A DNA stretch of 64,000 bases from an uncultured Acidobacteriota bacterium (GTDB lineage Bacteria; Acidobacteriota; Terriglobia; UBA7540). Numbering within the stretch: the stretch's first letter is position 1; each line of letters starts with the position of its first letter. The notes under the pieces were generated by a model. That model ran no database searches. It worked only from the letters and a program-made list of their open reading frames with translations, and was not told where the DNA came from. Below, one piece after another: positions 41,571 through 51,430 of the stretch. A program made the translations under genes and the position numbers. The DNA is taken from contig CAWDSK010000008.1 of the NCBI GenBank assembly GCA_963804995.1, positions 64,001 through 128,000 of the forward strand. Reading direction: 5' to 3'.

Positions 41571-43439
41571 ATGCTGGGCGCCAAGGATTCTCCTAACCTT
41601 CTCGAATGGGAACAGCGTATCGCGGGCGACGCTCGCGGGGCGCGCGTCCTGATGCCCGTGGCGGTCGTGGCCGCGACCTTCCTCGCTTATGTTGCCACCG
41701 TCGACTTGGGGTTTGTTTATGACGATCAGGTTCTGATCCTCACCAATGACTCCATTCGCTCCTGGAGCTATTTCCCCAGCTACTTCACTTCGCACCTCTG
41801 GAGCTCTCACTACCCATCTTTGTTGTCGAATGCCTACCGGCCCATCTTACTCATTTGGCTAAGACTGAACGAAGTATTGTTCGGTGCACACGCTTGGGGT
41901 TGGCACCTCTCTTCCGTGGCGGCGCACGTAGCAGTGACCTACCTGGTCTATCGCTTAGGCGTCAGGCTTACCCGGGACATTTGGTGTGCGGGGGCGGGCG
42001 CGCTGGTTTTCGGACTGCATCCGATCCACGTCGAGACCATTGCGGAGGCCTCCTGGGCTGACCAGCCGGTCTCCACCCTCTTGGTGCTCGCCACGGTCCT
42101 CACCTGGTGGCGGAGCCGACAGGGCGGACGCAGCGCCGCATGGCTTGCCGCCTCCGTGGCTCTGTCGGCCGCGGCGCTGCTTTCCAAGGAGAGCAGTTTG
42201 ATGCTGCCGTTTCTGATCAGCGCCTATGCCTGGATCGAGGGAGGGGCCAGCGGCAGGGAAGTTGCGCCGGTCGAAGGCCGCGGGGCTCTCTTCGAACGTT
42301 TGCGCTCCGCCCTGGGTGCAGCGGTTCCGTTCTGGGCGGTGGTCCTGGCTTATCTGCCGTTGCGCGTCTGGGCGCTCAAAGGTTTTGCCCACGTGGCCAC
42401 GCCCCTTTCGTGGTCGCAGGAAGTTTTCACCCTTCCCTCGGTGCTGCTTTTCTACGCGCGCCTGCTGATTTGGCCCACAGGGTTGAGCTGCTACTACGAT
42501 ACGCCCACCCTTTCATCCCCCACTTGGCAGGGCTTCGTAATGCCGGCTGCGCTGCTGGCCGCCCTGGCCGCGGGGCTGGCTCTTTGGTATCAGCGCACGC
42601 GCCAGTCCCAGCCAGAGGAGGCCAGGACAATAGCGTTGGCGTGCCTGTGGATGGTGCTGACGACCCTTCCCGTGCTCAATTTTCGTCTCCTCCTGGAGGG
42701 CGAAATCGCGCATGACCGTTACCTCTATCTTCCCTCCGTGGGGTTCGCCCTGCTGGTGGCAATCGCGCTTCGCCAGGCGGTGGGTAGGGCGGCGAGGTAT
42801 CTCAAGCCGGCTGGGGTCCTGCTGGGGGCCGTGGTGCTTTTCGGCGCGATGGGTATCGCGACGGCGCGGCAGTGCCTGTTTTGGTCAGACGATCTGGTTC
42901 TGAGCGTTCGCGCTCATGAAATTGCTCCCCACAATGTTACCGCCACCACCAGTCTCGCGGCCGCGGTGGGCGAGCGTGGGATGTATGGACAAGCCATGGC
43001 GCTCTACCAGCAGGCGCTGGCTATCCAACCGAATTTCTGGGTGGCGAACCGGAACCTGGCATACCTCTATTACACCCTTGGAGATTTTCCGGAGGCGGTG
43101 CGCTACTTCGCGCGGTCCTGCGCGGTCGGTCCCGAGGAGGGCGATCAGTTTCTGTACCTGGGATTGGCGCTGCTGCGCATGGGCCGGCTTGCCGAGGCGG
43201 AGAAGGCGGTCCGCTCGGCCTTGGTGCTGCGCCCGCAGGGGAAGAACTACCACCTGGCTTTGGGGACGATCCTCAGCCAGGAGGGAAGACTGCCTGAGGC
43301 CAAGCAGGAATTGGAAGCTGAGCTTTCCCAAGACGCGGAGAACGGACAGGCTCGAAGCCTGCTGGATGAAATCGACCAGGAGCTGCAGCCGGGAAAACCC
43401 GAAGTGCCGCCACCACACCCTTCCCCTGATATCAAGTAA
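41571..43439 (+). CDS. TMTC-like GT-C glycosyltransferase with C-terminal TPRs (paralog 2)
   Basis: Colinear with 31452-33296 (RSW.YFPSYFTSH.WS, WALKGFAH, EGEIAHDRYLYLP, GDQFLYLG). Confidence 0.85.
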   Translation: MLGAKDSPNLLEWEQRIAGDARGARVLMPVAVVAATFLAYVATVDLGFVYDDQVLILTNDSIRSWSYFPSYFTSHLWSSHYPSLLSNAYRPILLIWLRLNEVLFGAHAWGWHLSSVAAHVAVTYLVYRLGVRLTRDIWCAGAGALVFGLHPIHVETIAEASWADQPVSTLLVLATVLTWWRSRQGGRSAAWLAASVALSAAALLSKESSLMLPFLISAYAWIEGGASGREVAPVEGRGALFERLRSALGAAVPFWAVVLAYLPLRVWALKGFAHVATPLSWSQEVFTLPSVLLFYARLLIWPTGLSCYYDTPTLSSPTWQGFVMPAALLAALAAGLALWYQRTRQSQPEEARTIALACLWMVLTTLPVLNFRLLLEGEIAHDRYLYLPSVGFALLVAIALRQAVGRAARYLKPAGVLLGAVVLFGAMGIATARQCLFWSDDLVLSVRAHEIAPHNVTATTSLAAAVGERGMYGQAMALYQQALAIQPNFWVANRNLAYLYYTLGDFPEAVRYFARSCAVGPEEGDQFLYLGLALLRMGRLAEAEKAVRSALVLRPQGKNYHLALGTILSQEGRLPEAKQELEAELSQDAENGQARSLLDEIDQELQPGKPEVPPPHPSPDIK

Positions 43440-43771
43440 AGCCCTAACAATTACCTCTGGCTCACAGATCAAATTTGAAATGTGTTTGCTCCGGTTCTCC
43501 CGCCTGGCCGGACGGTAGAAGCGTCGGCCGGGCCGGTCGCTAACTCGTCACCTAGGGATGGCGCACATGCCGGGACCTTTGCCCCCCCCTCCGACTTTTT
43601 GTCATTGTGGGACTTGTCCCACAAGTTGCTCTCCGCGGGGCATAGCGAGCGAGGTCCCACTTATTTCCCCAGGTGCATGAGCTTTTTTCCTGTGACTTTA
43701 TCATTGGTGATTTTGCCGGTCTAAGCTGCAAACAGGTTCACCGGCTCGTCACTTGTCGCTGGTCGCTGACT

Positions 43772-46078
43772 TCAGGTCTTGATGCGCAACAGCAGGTAGC
43801 TCCCCGCCAATCCGAACAGGATATCCGGAGACCATGCGGCCATGGCCGGAGGGAGTTGGCTCAAGTTGCCCATCGCTTCAAAAAGGCTGGAAGCAGACCA
43901 GTAAACGATGGCGATGCCAATGCTCAGCGCAATGCCCGTCAACGCGCCTTTCCCGCCCATGGTGAAGGAGAAGGGAATTCCGATGAGGGTGATCACAAAG
44001 GCGATCAGGGGGAAGGAGAACTTGCGGTAAAACTGCACGGAAAGCCGCACCACATCAAAGCCGCTCTGGCTGAGGTCGGCGATATAGTGGCGCAATTCGA
44101 GCGCACTCATTTGTTCCGAAGCCTTGACTTCCTTCTTGAAGTAGCTGGGCTCTTCCGTCAATTCGCGGAAGGTGGCAACGGAGAAAGGCATGTAATCCGA
44201 CACGCGATCCCCGTTGATGTTTCGGGACCAGCCGTTTTCGAGGATCCAACCGTGGATGTGCCCTTCCCAAAGGGCACGCGCGGCGTGAATGCGGCGCGTC
44301 ATGCGGAAGGTCGTGGGATCGAATTCGAACACCGTGAGGTTGGCGAAAACATTCTGGTCAGGGTCGAAGAACTTGTAATTATAGATCCGGCTGGAGGAGC
44401 CGAAAATCCACTGGCGGTCGGGGCGGTAAAACGTCTGCGCGGGCTTGCCCTTGATCTGGTTGCGGAGGGCGTCCTGGCGCTGGTTGGTCTCGGGCAGCAC
44501 ACTATCTGCAAAGAGGAACATTCCCACGCTGAGCAGGCCAGCCGCAACGAGCACGGGGACCGACACGCGGTACAGGCTGACGCCCGCGGATTTAATGGCC
44601 GTGACCTGGTTGGTTTTGGTCAGCAATCCGAAATTCACCAGGGTTGCCACCAGAATACTGAGGGGCAACATCAGGTAAATGACCTGCGGCAACAGGAAGC
44701 GATAGTAATCAAACACCACGCGGGCCGGAGTCTGATTGCGCACAATGTCGCCCAGGATCTGAAAGAAGTCGAAGATGACATAGATTCCTGCGAAGGCGAG
44801 GAGAAGGATGAGAAAGTAGAAGACCCATCCGCGGATGACGTAAATATCCAGGATCTGGAGGAAGCGGCCGCGCAGGGGGCGTACCTTGAGTGAGGGAACG
44901 GTGCCCACCGCCCGCTGCCGGCGGGCTCGCCAATGCTGCCAGCGAATCACCAGGTCGTCGAACCAGTCCTGGAAAAACGTCAGACGCGTCTTCACCCGGC
45001 GCAGGTGCGCCAGCATCAGGACACCGACGAGGGCAAACAGAACGTTGGCAAGCCACAGGCCGATCACCGGTGAGACCCGGCCCTGCATGGCAAAGCTGCG
45101 GCCGAAACCCATCAGGATGTAGTAGACGAAGACCAGGGTGAGGGCGAGGATAAGGCCTACGGATTTCCCACCTTTGCGTGTCGACATACCCAGCGGTATG
45201 CCCACCAGCGCTAGCACGATCGCCGCTACCGGGAGGGCGAAGCGGTAATGCAGTTCCACCAGCGCGGCTTGGCGGTCGCGGGGTTGATGGGTACGGGCCC
45301 GAAGCTGGTCAAAGGTCAGGTAGGGGGGCGCGCGCCGGTCCTCCGCCCCCGCCGCGCCTTGATCGACGGGGATCGGTATTTCCGTGTCTGTGAAGGAAGC
45401 GATGGAGTATTCCCCTGGCCGCTGTGGGTCATATTCGTGCGTCGTTCCCTGCTCGAGGTGGAGCACAAAACGGTTGCGGTCGGCTTCGTTGACAAGCACT
45501 CCGCTTTCCGCTAACGTTACCTTGACTTGGTCGCGCTCCGTCGTGTCTGCAATGAAGACGCCGCGCCATTGGGACCGGGATCCGGTTACGTCCTCCAGAT
45601 AAAGCAAAAGATTCGGGAATTGCTCGATAAACACGCGTGGCTGAATTTCGTAAGGCGCTTGGCTGGCCTTGATCCCGGTTTCCATGTGGTTCATCCGCCG
45701 CAAGGCTTGGGGCGACAGGAACAGGCTCATCCATAGCGTTACCCCCCAGCCCGCCACCGCCAGCATCATGACGGGCCGCACAAAGTAGCTGAGGCCTATT
45801 CCCGTGGCGCGGGCCGCAATCACCTCACCGTCCGCCGCCATGCGGCTGAGCCCGATGAGCGTCCCGATCAGCACGGCCATGGGGATGGTCAACACCAGGA
45901 TTCCAGGCACGGGAAGAATGAAAAGGGTGGCGACCTGGCGAAATGGGAGATTATGACGAACTACCAATTCGAGAAGATGCCCCAAGGAGCGTATGAAGAT
46001 GACAAAGGTGAAGACCACCAGCCCCAGCAGGGAATGGGAGAAGATTTCTTTCAGGATGTAGCGGGTCAGTATCCGCAT
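43772..46078 (-). CDS. lptF: Fused LptF/LptG LPS export permease
   Basis: MRILTRYILKE...LSRMAADGEVIAARATG; second half ILDIYVIR...NQVTAIKSAGVSLYR...AAWSPD. Confidence 0.9.
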   Translation of the reverse strand: MRILTRYILKEIFSHSLLGLVVFTFVIFIRSLGHLLELVVRHNLPFRQVATLFILPVPGILVLTIPMAVLIGTLIGLSRMAADGEVIAARATGIGLSYFVRPVMMLAVAGWGVTLWMSLFLSPQALRRMNHMETGIKASQAPYEIQPRVFIEQFPNLLLYLEDVTGSRSQWRGVFIADTTERDQVKVTLAESGVLVNEADRNRFVLHLEQGTTHEYDPQRPGEYSIASFTDTEIPIPVDQGAAGAEDRRAPPYLTFDQLRARTHQPRDRQAALVELHYRFALPVAAIVLALVGIPLGMSTRKGGKSVGLILALTLVFVYYILMGFGRSFAMQGRVSPVIGLWLANVLFALVGVLMLAHLRRVKTRLTFFQDWFDDLVIRWQHWRARRQRAVGTVPSLKVRPLRGRFLQILDIYVIRGWVFYFLILLLAFAGIYVIFDFFQILGDIVRNQTPARVVFDYYRFLLPQVIYLMLPLSILVATLVNFGLLTKTNQVTAIKSAGVSLYRVSVPVLVAAGLLSVGMFLFADSVLPETNQRQDALRNQIKGKPAQTFYRPDRQWIFGSSSRIYNYKFFDPDQNVFANLTVFEFDPTTFRMTRRIHAARALWEGHIHGWILENGWSRNINGDRVSDYMPFSVATFRELTEEPSYFKKEVKASEQMSALELRHYIADLSQSGFDVVRLSVQFYRKFSFPLIAFVITLIGIPFSFTMGGKGALTGIALSIGIAIVYWSASSLFEAMGNLSQLPPAMAAWSPDILFGLAGSYLLLRIKT

Positions 46079-46192
46079 ATTTACAAGGGCTCAGTAGGGT
46101 GCTCAGGGCCTACGTACGGTTCACTAGAAGAACGGACCATCTCATGCTAACACACCGTTTTCGACATCGTAAAGGAATCGGCCTCTAACCTC

Positions 46193-48362
46193 ATGTCTCA
46201 AACTTATTTGATGCTCCTTTGGCACATGCACCAGCCCTTTTACAAGGATTTGGCCGAGGGGGTTTATACGATGCCGTGGGTGCGGTTGCATGCGCTTAAG
46301 GATTACTACGGGATGGTCGGGGTGCTGCGAGATTTTCCTTCTGTGCATATGACTTTCAATCTGGTCCCCGGCCTGGTCTCGCAACTGGAAGACTACGCGC
46401 ATGACACCGCCCACGAGCCGGCCTATGATTTGGCCTTCAAGCCCGCTGCCGATATGTCCTTGGCGGACCGCGCGGCATTTCTGGGGTCCGCTTTTCAGAT
46501 CAACCGCGACAACCTTCTAAACCGCTATCCGCGTTTTCGGGAACTGTGGGAGAAGGCGCACAAATCGGATTTCTCAACGGTCGCAAAGCAATTTGCTTTA
46601 CATGAGCTTATAGACCTGCAAGTGCTATCCCAAGTGGCATGGTTTGATGAAATCTATTTGGCCAGCGACCCGGAAATAAGGCGCTTAGTTAGTAAAGAGC
46701 GTGGTTTCAGTGAGGCTGATAAGGCTATTGTGCGCAAGAAGGAAATCGAATTATTTAATGTGACACTTGAGGAATACCGGAAAGCCGCCGAGCGGGGGCA
46801 AATCGAAATTTCCACGTCACCCTTTTATCACCCTATTCTGCCGCTTCTCTGCGACACGGCCATCGCGCAGGAGTCCCACCCGGGTGTGAAGCTTCCCCGC
46901 CAGCGCTTTCGGCATCCGGAAGACGCACGCGACCAGTTGCGGACCGCGGTGGAGTTACATGAGCGGGTATTTGGCCGGCGGCCGCGCGGACTCTGGCCGA
47001 GTGAAGGAAGCGTCTCTGATGAAGTTCTGCGCCTGGCGGCGGAGGAGGGTTTTGCCTGGGCAGCGACGGACGAAGGCGTGCTGGGACGAACCCGCCAGAC
47101 GGGTTTCTATCGCCGCGGTGATGGGACGTTGCAGGGTGGGGAGGAACTCTACCGTCCGCACTCGTTTTCCACGGGCGGGGCGCCCATGACGCTCTTCTTC
47201 CGCGATCACCAGCTTTCCGACCTGATCGGGTTTGTCTATTCCCGCATGGATGCCCAGGCCGCGGCGGCAGACCTCCACCAGCGGATTAGGTCGGCGGGCC
47301 GAAGCACCGGCCAGCATCCCGCCGTCGTATCCGTCATCCTGGACGGAGAAAACGCCTGGGAATACTACCCGGGCAACGGGCGGGAATTCCTCAAGGCCTT
47401 CTACGGCCGCCTGGCTTCCGACCCGGAAATTCGCGCCCTCACGGCAAGCGAAGCGCTCCAGGCAGCGGCTCGGGGGGCCTTGCCCCACATTGTTCCGGGC
47501 TCCTGGATCAACGCTAACTTCGACATCTGGATTGGCGCTGAGGAGGACAATCGAGCCTGGGATTTGCTCAGCGCGGCACGGGAATTCTATGCCCAGCACG
47601 CGGAGGATCCCAAGCTCACGCCGGAGAACCGCAGCTTGGCCCAGCAGGAACTTTGGGTCGCCGAAGGCAGTGACTGGTGTTGGTGGTATGGCCCCGAGCA
47701 CTCAACCGCCAATGACGAAGAATTCGACCGGCTCTATCGCAAGCATCTGAGCAACATCTATCGGCTGCTGGGCGGGTCGCCCCCGGACGAGTTGGCGGCG
47801 CCCATCAAGCGTCCCCGCGTGCATGCCGCATACGTGGCGCCTTCGGGGCGGATCGATCCCACCGTGGATGGCCGGGTGACAACCTACTTCGAATGGCTGG
47901 GGGCGGGTGTTTATGTGCCGGATTACCGCTCCGGCTCGATGCACGGTGTGGCCCAGATCGTGGAAGCTCTCTTCTATGGATATTCTGACAAGGCGCTTTA
48001 TCTGCGCGTGGATCTGGGGGAGACCTTCCGGCGTGACCATCCGGAGTTTGAAATCCATGTCAGCATTGATGGTGAGACCCACGTCCGATTGCATGCCACG
48101 GTGGGCGCGGCGGGTGTCAAAGCCATTGAATTCCTGAAAGGAGAGGAATCCCTGCTGGTTCCGCTCTCCACTGGCGACCAGGTGCAGGTGGCCTTTGCCC
48201 AGGTTTTCGAACTCGGGCTCGCCTTCAGCCTCCTGGGCGTTACCCCGCACGAGCGGATCAACCTGCAAGTCTCCATTTGGCTGAATGAATTGCCGCTCCA
48301 GGTCATTCCGCAGGAAGGCTGGTTGGCGCTCGAAGCTCACGGAAGATTTGGAGACTTGGTAG
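46193..48362 (+). CDS. Glycoside hydrolase family 57 protein (as read the ORF runs to 48439; one extra base near 48333 suspected)
   Basis: WHMHQP, PWVRLHALKDY, PFYHPILPLL, GLWPSEG, ILDGENAWE, AEGSDWCWW. Confidence 0.92.
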
Positions 48363-48496
48363 GGATTTCCATTCTGAATCATGAATTATGGAATGGGTAT
48401 ACATCGCAGTATCGCCAATGCTTAATTCATAATTCATAATTCTGGCCAGGCGTGCTAAAATCCGCGCAGCGGTTGTAAACACTGCAGGGGGTCACC

Positions 48497-49696
48497 ATGC
48501 GTAGGCCGCAGATTGCTTTGCTAATCCTTCTGGGCGTCATCCTCCCCACGCTCCACGCCGGTGCACCACTACGCGCCTGGGCGGGCCCACGGCCAGGGCA
48601 GGCTTCGAAGCCTTACACCAAGGAACAGATTAGTGATCTGGTGCAGGCGGGCATGGATAGCGCGCAATTGGCGAAGAAAGTCGACCAGGCGGGGATTGAC
48701 TTCGAGCCGACCGACGATTATCTCCAATCCCTGCGCGGGGACGGGGCGCAGGAGGTCCTTATCCAGGCGCTGCGCAACGCCAGCCCCAAGCCTCTGAGTA
48801 AAAAGAAAGTACTGGCCATGGCGGTGGAGGGCATGCCGGGCCAACGCGCCGCGGAGATCGTGAAACGTCTGGGCCTGGACTTTGACGTGGACAACCTCTT
48901 CCTGCAAACCCTGCAATTGGCCGGAGCGGATGACATCTTTATAGCGGCCGTCCGCCAGGTGGGAGGGGTGCTGAAAACGGTCGGGCCCACGACGGGCACC
49001 GTACGGCTGAATCCCAAGGACGGACTCAACTACGTCTGGATAGCGGCGGGGACGTTCATGATGGGCTGCTCGCCGGGCGATAAGGACTGCAAGGACTACG
49101 AGAATCCCCTCCACTCCGTTACCATAAGCAAAGGTTTTTGGATGGGCCAGACCCTGGTCACCGCAGGGGCCTACCAACGCTTTGCAGCCGCCACGGGACG
49201 GCCTATGCCCACCGCTCCATCTTTTAACGACGCGTGGACGATTTCCAGCATGCCCATCGTAAACGTCGACTGGAACGATTCGGTAGCCTACTGCCTGTGG
49301 GCGGGTGGACGGTTGCCCACCGAAGCGGAATGGGAGTATGCGGCGCGGGGCGGTAGCACGGAGGCGCGTTTCGGCAATGTGGATGACATCGCCTGGTACG
49401 GCCAGATCAACGGTGGCCACACGCATGAGGTCGCCCAAAAGCGCGCCAATGGATACGGTCTGTTTGACATGCTGGGGAATGTGTGGGAATGGACGAATGA
49501 CTGGTACGGCGACGAGAGTTACAAGGCTGGCCCTTTCACGGACCCCGTTGGGGCCTCAACCGGCACTCAGCACGTGCTGCGTGGCGGGTCTTGGGGCGCT
49601 GATGCGGATAGCGTCCGCGTCTCCAGCCGCAAATGGAATGACCCCCCCGACAAGCATGATTACATGGGCTTCCGCTGCGTCTGGAATGGGGATTAG
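48497..49696 (+). CDS. Exported SUMF1/FGE-sulfatase-domain protein with two N-terminal helical repeats
   Basis: F.MG, RLPTEAEWEYAARGG, NGYGLFDMLGNVWEW, RGGSW, GFRC. Confidence 0.9.
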   Translation: MRRPQIALLILLGVILPTLHAGAPLRAWAGPRPGQASKPYTKEQISDLVQAGMDSAQLAKKVDQAGIDFEPTDDYLQSLRGDGAQEVLIQALRNASPKPLSKKKVLAMAVEGMPGQRAAEIVKRLGLDFDVDNLFLQTLQLAGADDIFIAAVRQVGGVLKTVGPTTGTVRLNPKDGLNYVWIAAGTFMMGCSPGDKDCKDYENPLHSVTISKGFWMGQTLVTAGAYQRFAAATGRPMPTAPSFNDAWTISSMPIVNVDWNDSVAYCLWAGGRLPTEAEWEYAARGGSTEARFGNVDDIAWYGQINGGHTHEVAQKRANGYGLFDMLGNVWEWTNDWYGDESYKAGPFTDPVGASTGTQHVLRGGSWGADADSVRVSSRKWNDPPDKHDYMGFRCVWNGD

Positions 49697-49702
49697 GATT
49701 TT

Positions 49703-50917
49703 TCATTTCCCCAGCCAATCGGGAACAACCACATCGACCGGTTGGGTGCCCACTTGCACCGTGGTAATGAGCATCGATCGGTTGTTGCTGAGGCTGATGG
49801 GATCGGCATGCAGAATAGCGACGCTGGACGTGGCGCTATCTGCGACGACCAGGAAGCGTTCATCCGGCGTCAAGGCCAGCGCGCGCGGTTCCACTCCCAC
49901 GTGCGTCGAGGTCAGTACCGCCCGGTTTTCAACATCCAGCACCATGACAGAGCCATCCCCTGCATTGGCGAGGTAGAGGATACTTGAATCCCGGCGAAAG
50001 ACCGCCTGGACGGGTTCGCGGCCGGTCGGAAAGGTCTGCTCAACGTTGTCGTGGAACGCGTCGACGATAACTAGGTTGGTAGCTTTAGCACTCAGGACAA
50101 ACAGTTCCCCGCCATCAGGTTTGACGATCAGCGCGGTTGGCAGAGTGCCGATTTCGATGTGCGACAGTAGCTTCCGTGCCGCCACGTCGGCTACGGAAAC
50201 TTTTTCTTCCCCTGTGTCCGCAACGAAAACTTTCGAGCTGTCGGGCAGAACCGCCATGGGGCCGGGAACTTTCCCAACTTCCACCTCACCGAGCGGCTGG
50301 CGGGTCTGGGTGCTGAACAAGCTCAGCCGGTTTAAGGCTGGAACGGTAACAATCAGTGTTTTTCCGTCAGGAGTCAGCGCCAGGTCGGAGGGCGCATCGG
50401 GAAGGCGGAGGCGAAAGCTCACCTTCGGGATTGCCGGTAGAGCCTGCCCCAATGGCGTCGGAAGGGGACTGGTTGCAGCGGCTTCGCAATTGAGGAAAAC
50501 CACCTCGCGATCCGCGGGGTCCAGCAAATACGCTCTGCGCCCATCGGGTGAAAACTCCAGGTCCTTGGCACTCCTTCCCACTTCGAGTGTGGCAATGACC
50601 TGCGGATGGGGGTTGGCCACGATACTTACCTTGCCCGTGGCCGACACCACGTAGAGTTGCCGGCTGCCGGGCCGCACCACGACGCGCTCCGGCTGCGGCG
50701 CGACGGGCAGGGAAGCTACGACTCGAAAATCCGCCAAGCTCACCGCGGCCAACGTGGAGCTCTGATGATTCACGACAAAAGCCACATAGGCTTGGGGCGG
50801 CGGCGGCCGGCGCCGGCATCCTAGTGACCCTGCTCCGAGCGTCGAGAGAAGCAGGGCCAGCAGGGAAGCGCGGGCGGTAACGCGTAAAATTGCGGCGAGG
50901 TGGTCTGGGGTCGTCAA
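49703..50917 (-). CDS. YncE/YVTN beta-propeller protein, probable lipoprotein
   Basis: Repeated VG..P......PDG motifs; SLGC lipobox-like site; TTG start after GAGG. Confidence 0.85.
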   Translation of the reverse strand: MTTPDHLAAILRVTARASLLALLLSTLGAGSLGCRRRPPPPQAYVAFVVNHQSSTLAAVSLADFRVVASLPVAPQPERVVVRPGSRQLYVVSATGKVSIVANPHPQVIATLEVGRSAKDLEFSPDGRRAYLLDPADREVVFLNCEAAATSPLPTPLGQALPAIPKVSFRLRLPDAPSDLALTPDGKTLIVTVPALNRLSLFSTQTRQPLGEVEVGKVPGPMAVLPDSSKVFVADTGEEKVSVADVAARKLLSHIEIGTLPTALIVKPDGGELFVLSAKATNLVIVDAFHDNVEQTFPTGREPVQAVFRRDSSILYLANAGDGSVMVLDVENRAVLTSTHVGVEPRALALTPDERFLVVADSATSSVAILHADPISLSNNRSMLITTVQVGTQPVDVVVPDWLGK

Positions 50918-51430
50918 TGCCTCGTTTCGTGGGTAGGAGCAAGGCGGTCGCCGCGGACCGCTTCTGCAATAGTCGCCTGCGACTTCATGAGGATCAGCCT
51001 GCAGAATTTCCTCATCCGCCCGCTCACCCAAACAATGCCTTGCTAGTCTAATGCAGGGTGGGGATTCATGGGAAGGCGACGTGTCAGGGAAGAATGCAAC
51101 ATGGCGCCTGGCACCTGACACCTTATGTCCCGGCTTGTCCAAATTACGCTCGCATGGGCGGGTAGCGACCTGCGGCTCTGCCGCGTGCTGCCCTGTCATG
51201 AAAATGGGCGGGGTAACTCCCCTCCTCATCTGAGGAGGGGAGCTTTTTCATGACAGGCAGAACCGCGTTGACCACTCGAAGGGTTCGCCAGTTTGGACAG
51301 CTGTACCTGACGTTAGCCTTTCCTAACCGTTTCTGGAAATCCCCAGTGCTCCCTGATACGATGAGAAATTCGCCGGTGGGCGCCCAACCGGTTGCGCCGG
51401 CCATCCCGATCCTTGCGAGGTGAAAAAACC

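Noticed and set aside
49560..49696. DGR variable region in the FGE/C-type-lectin-fold protein
   Set aside because: No template repeat or reverse transcriptase seen in the window, and the codons are not restricted to the adenine-mutagenesis pattern.
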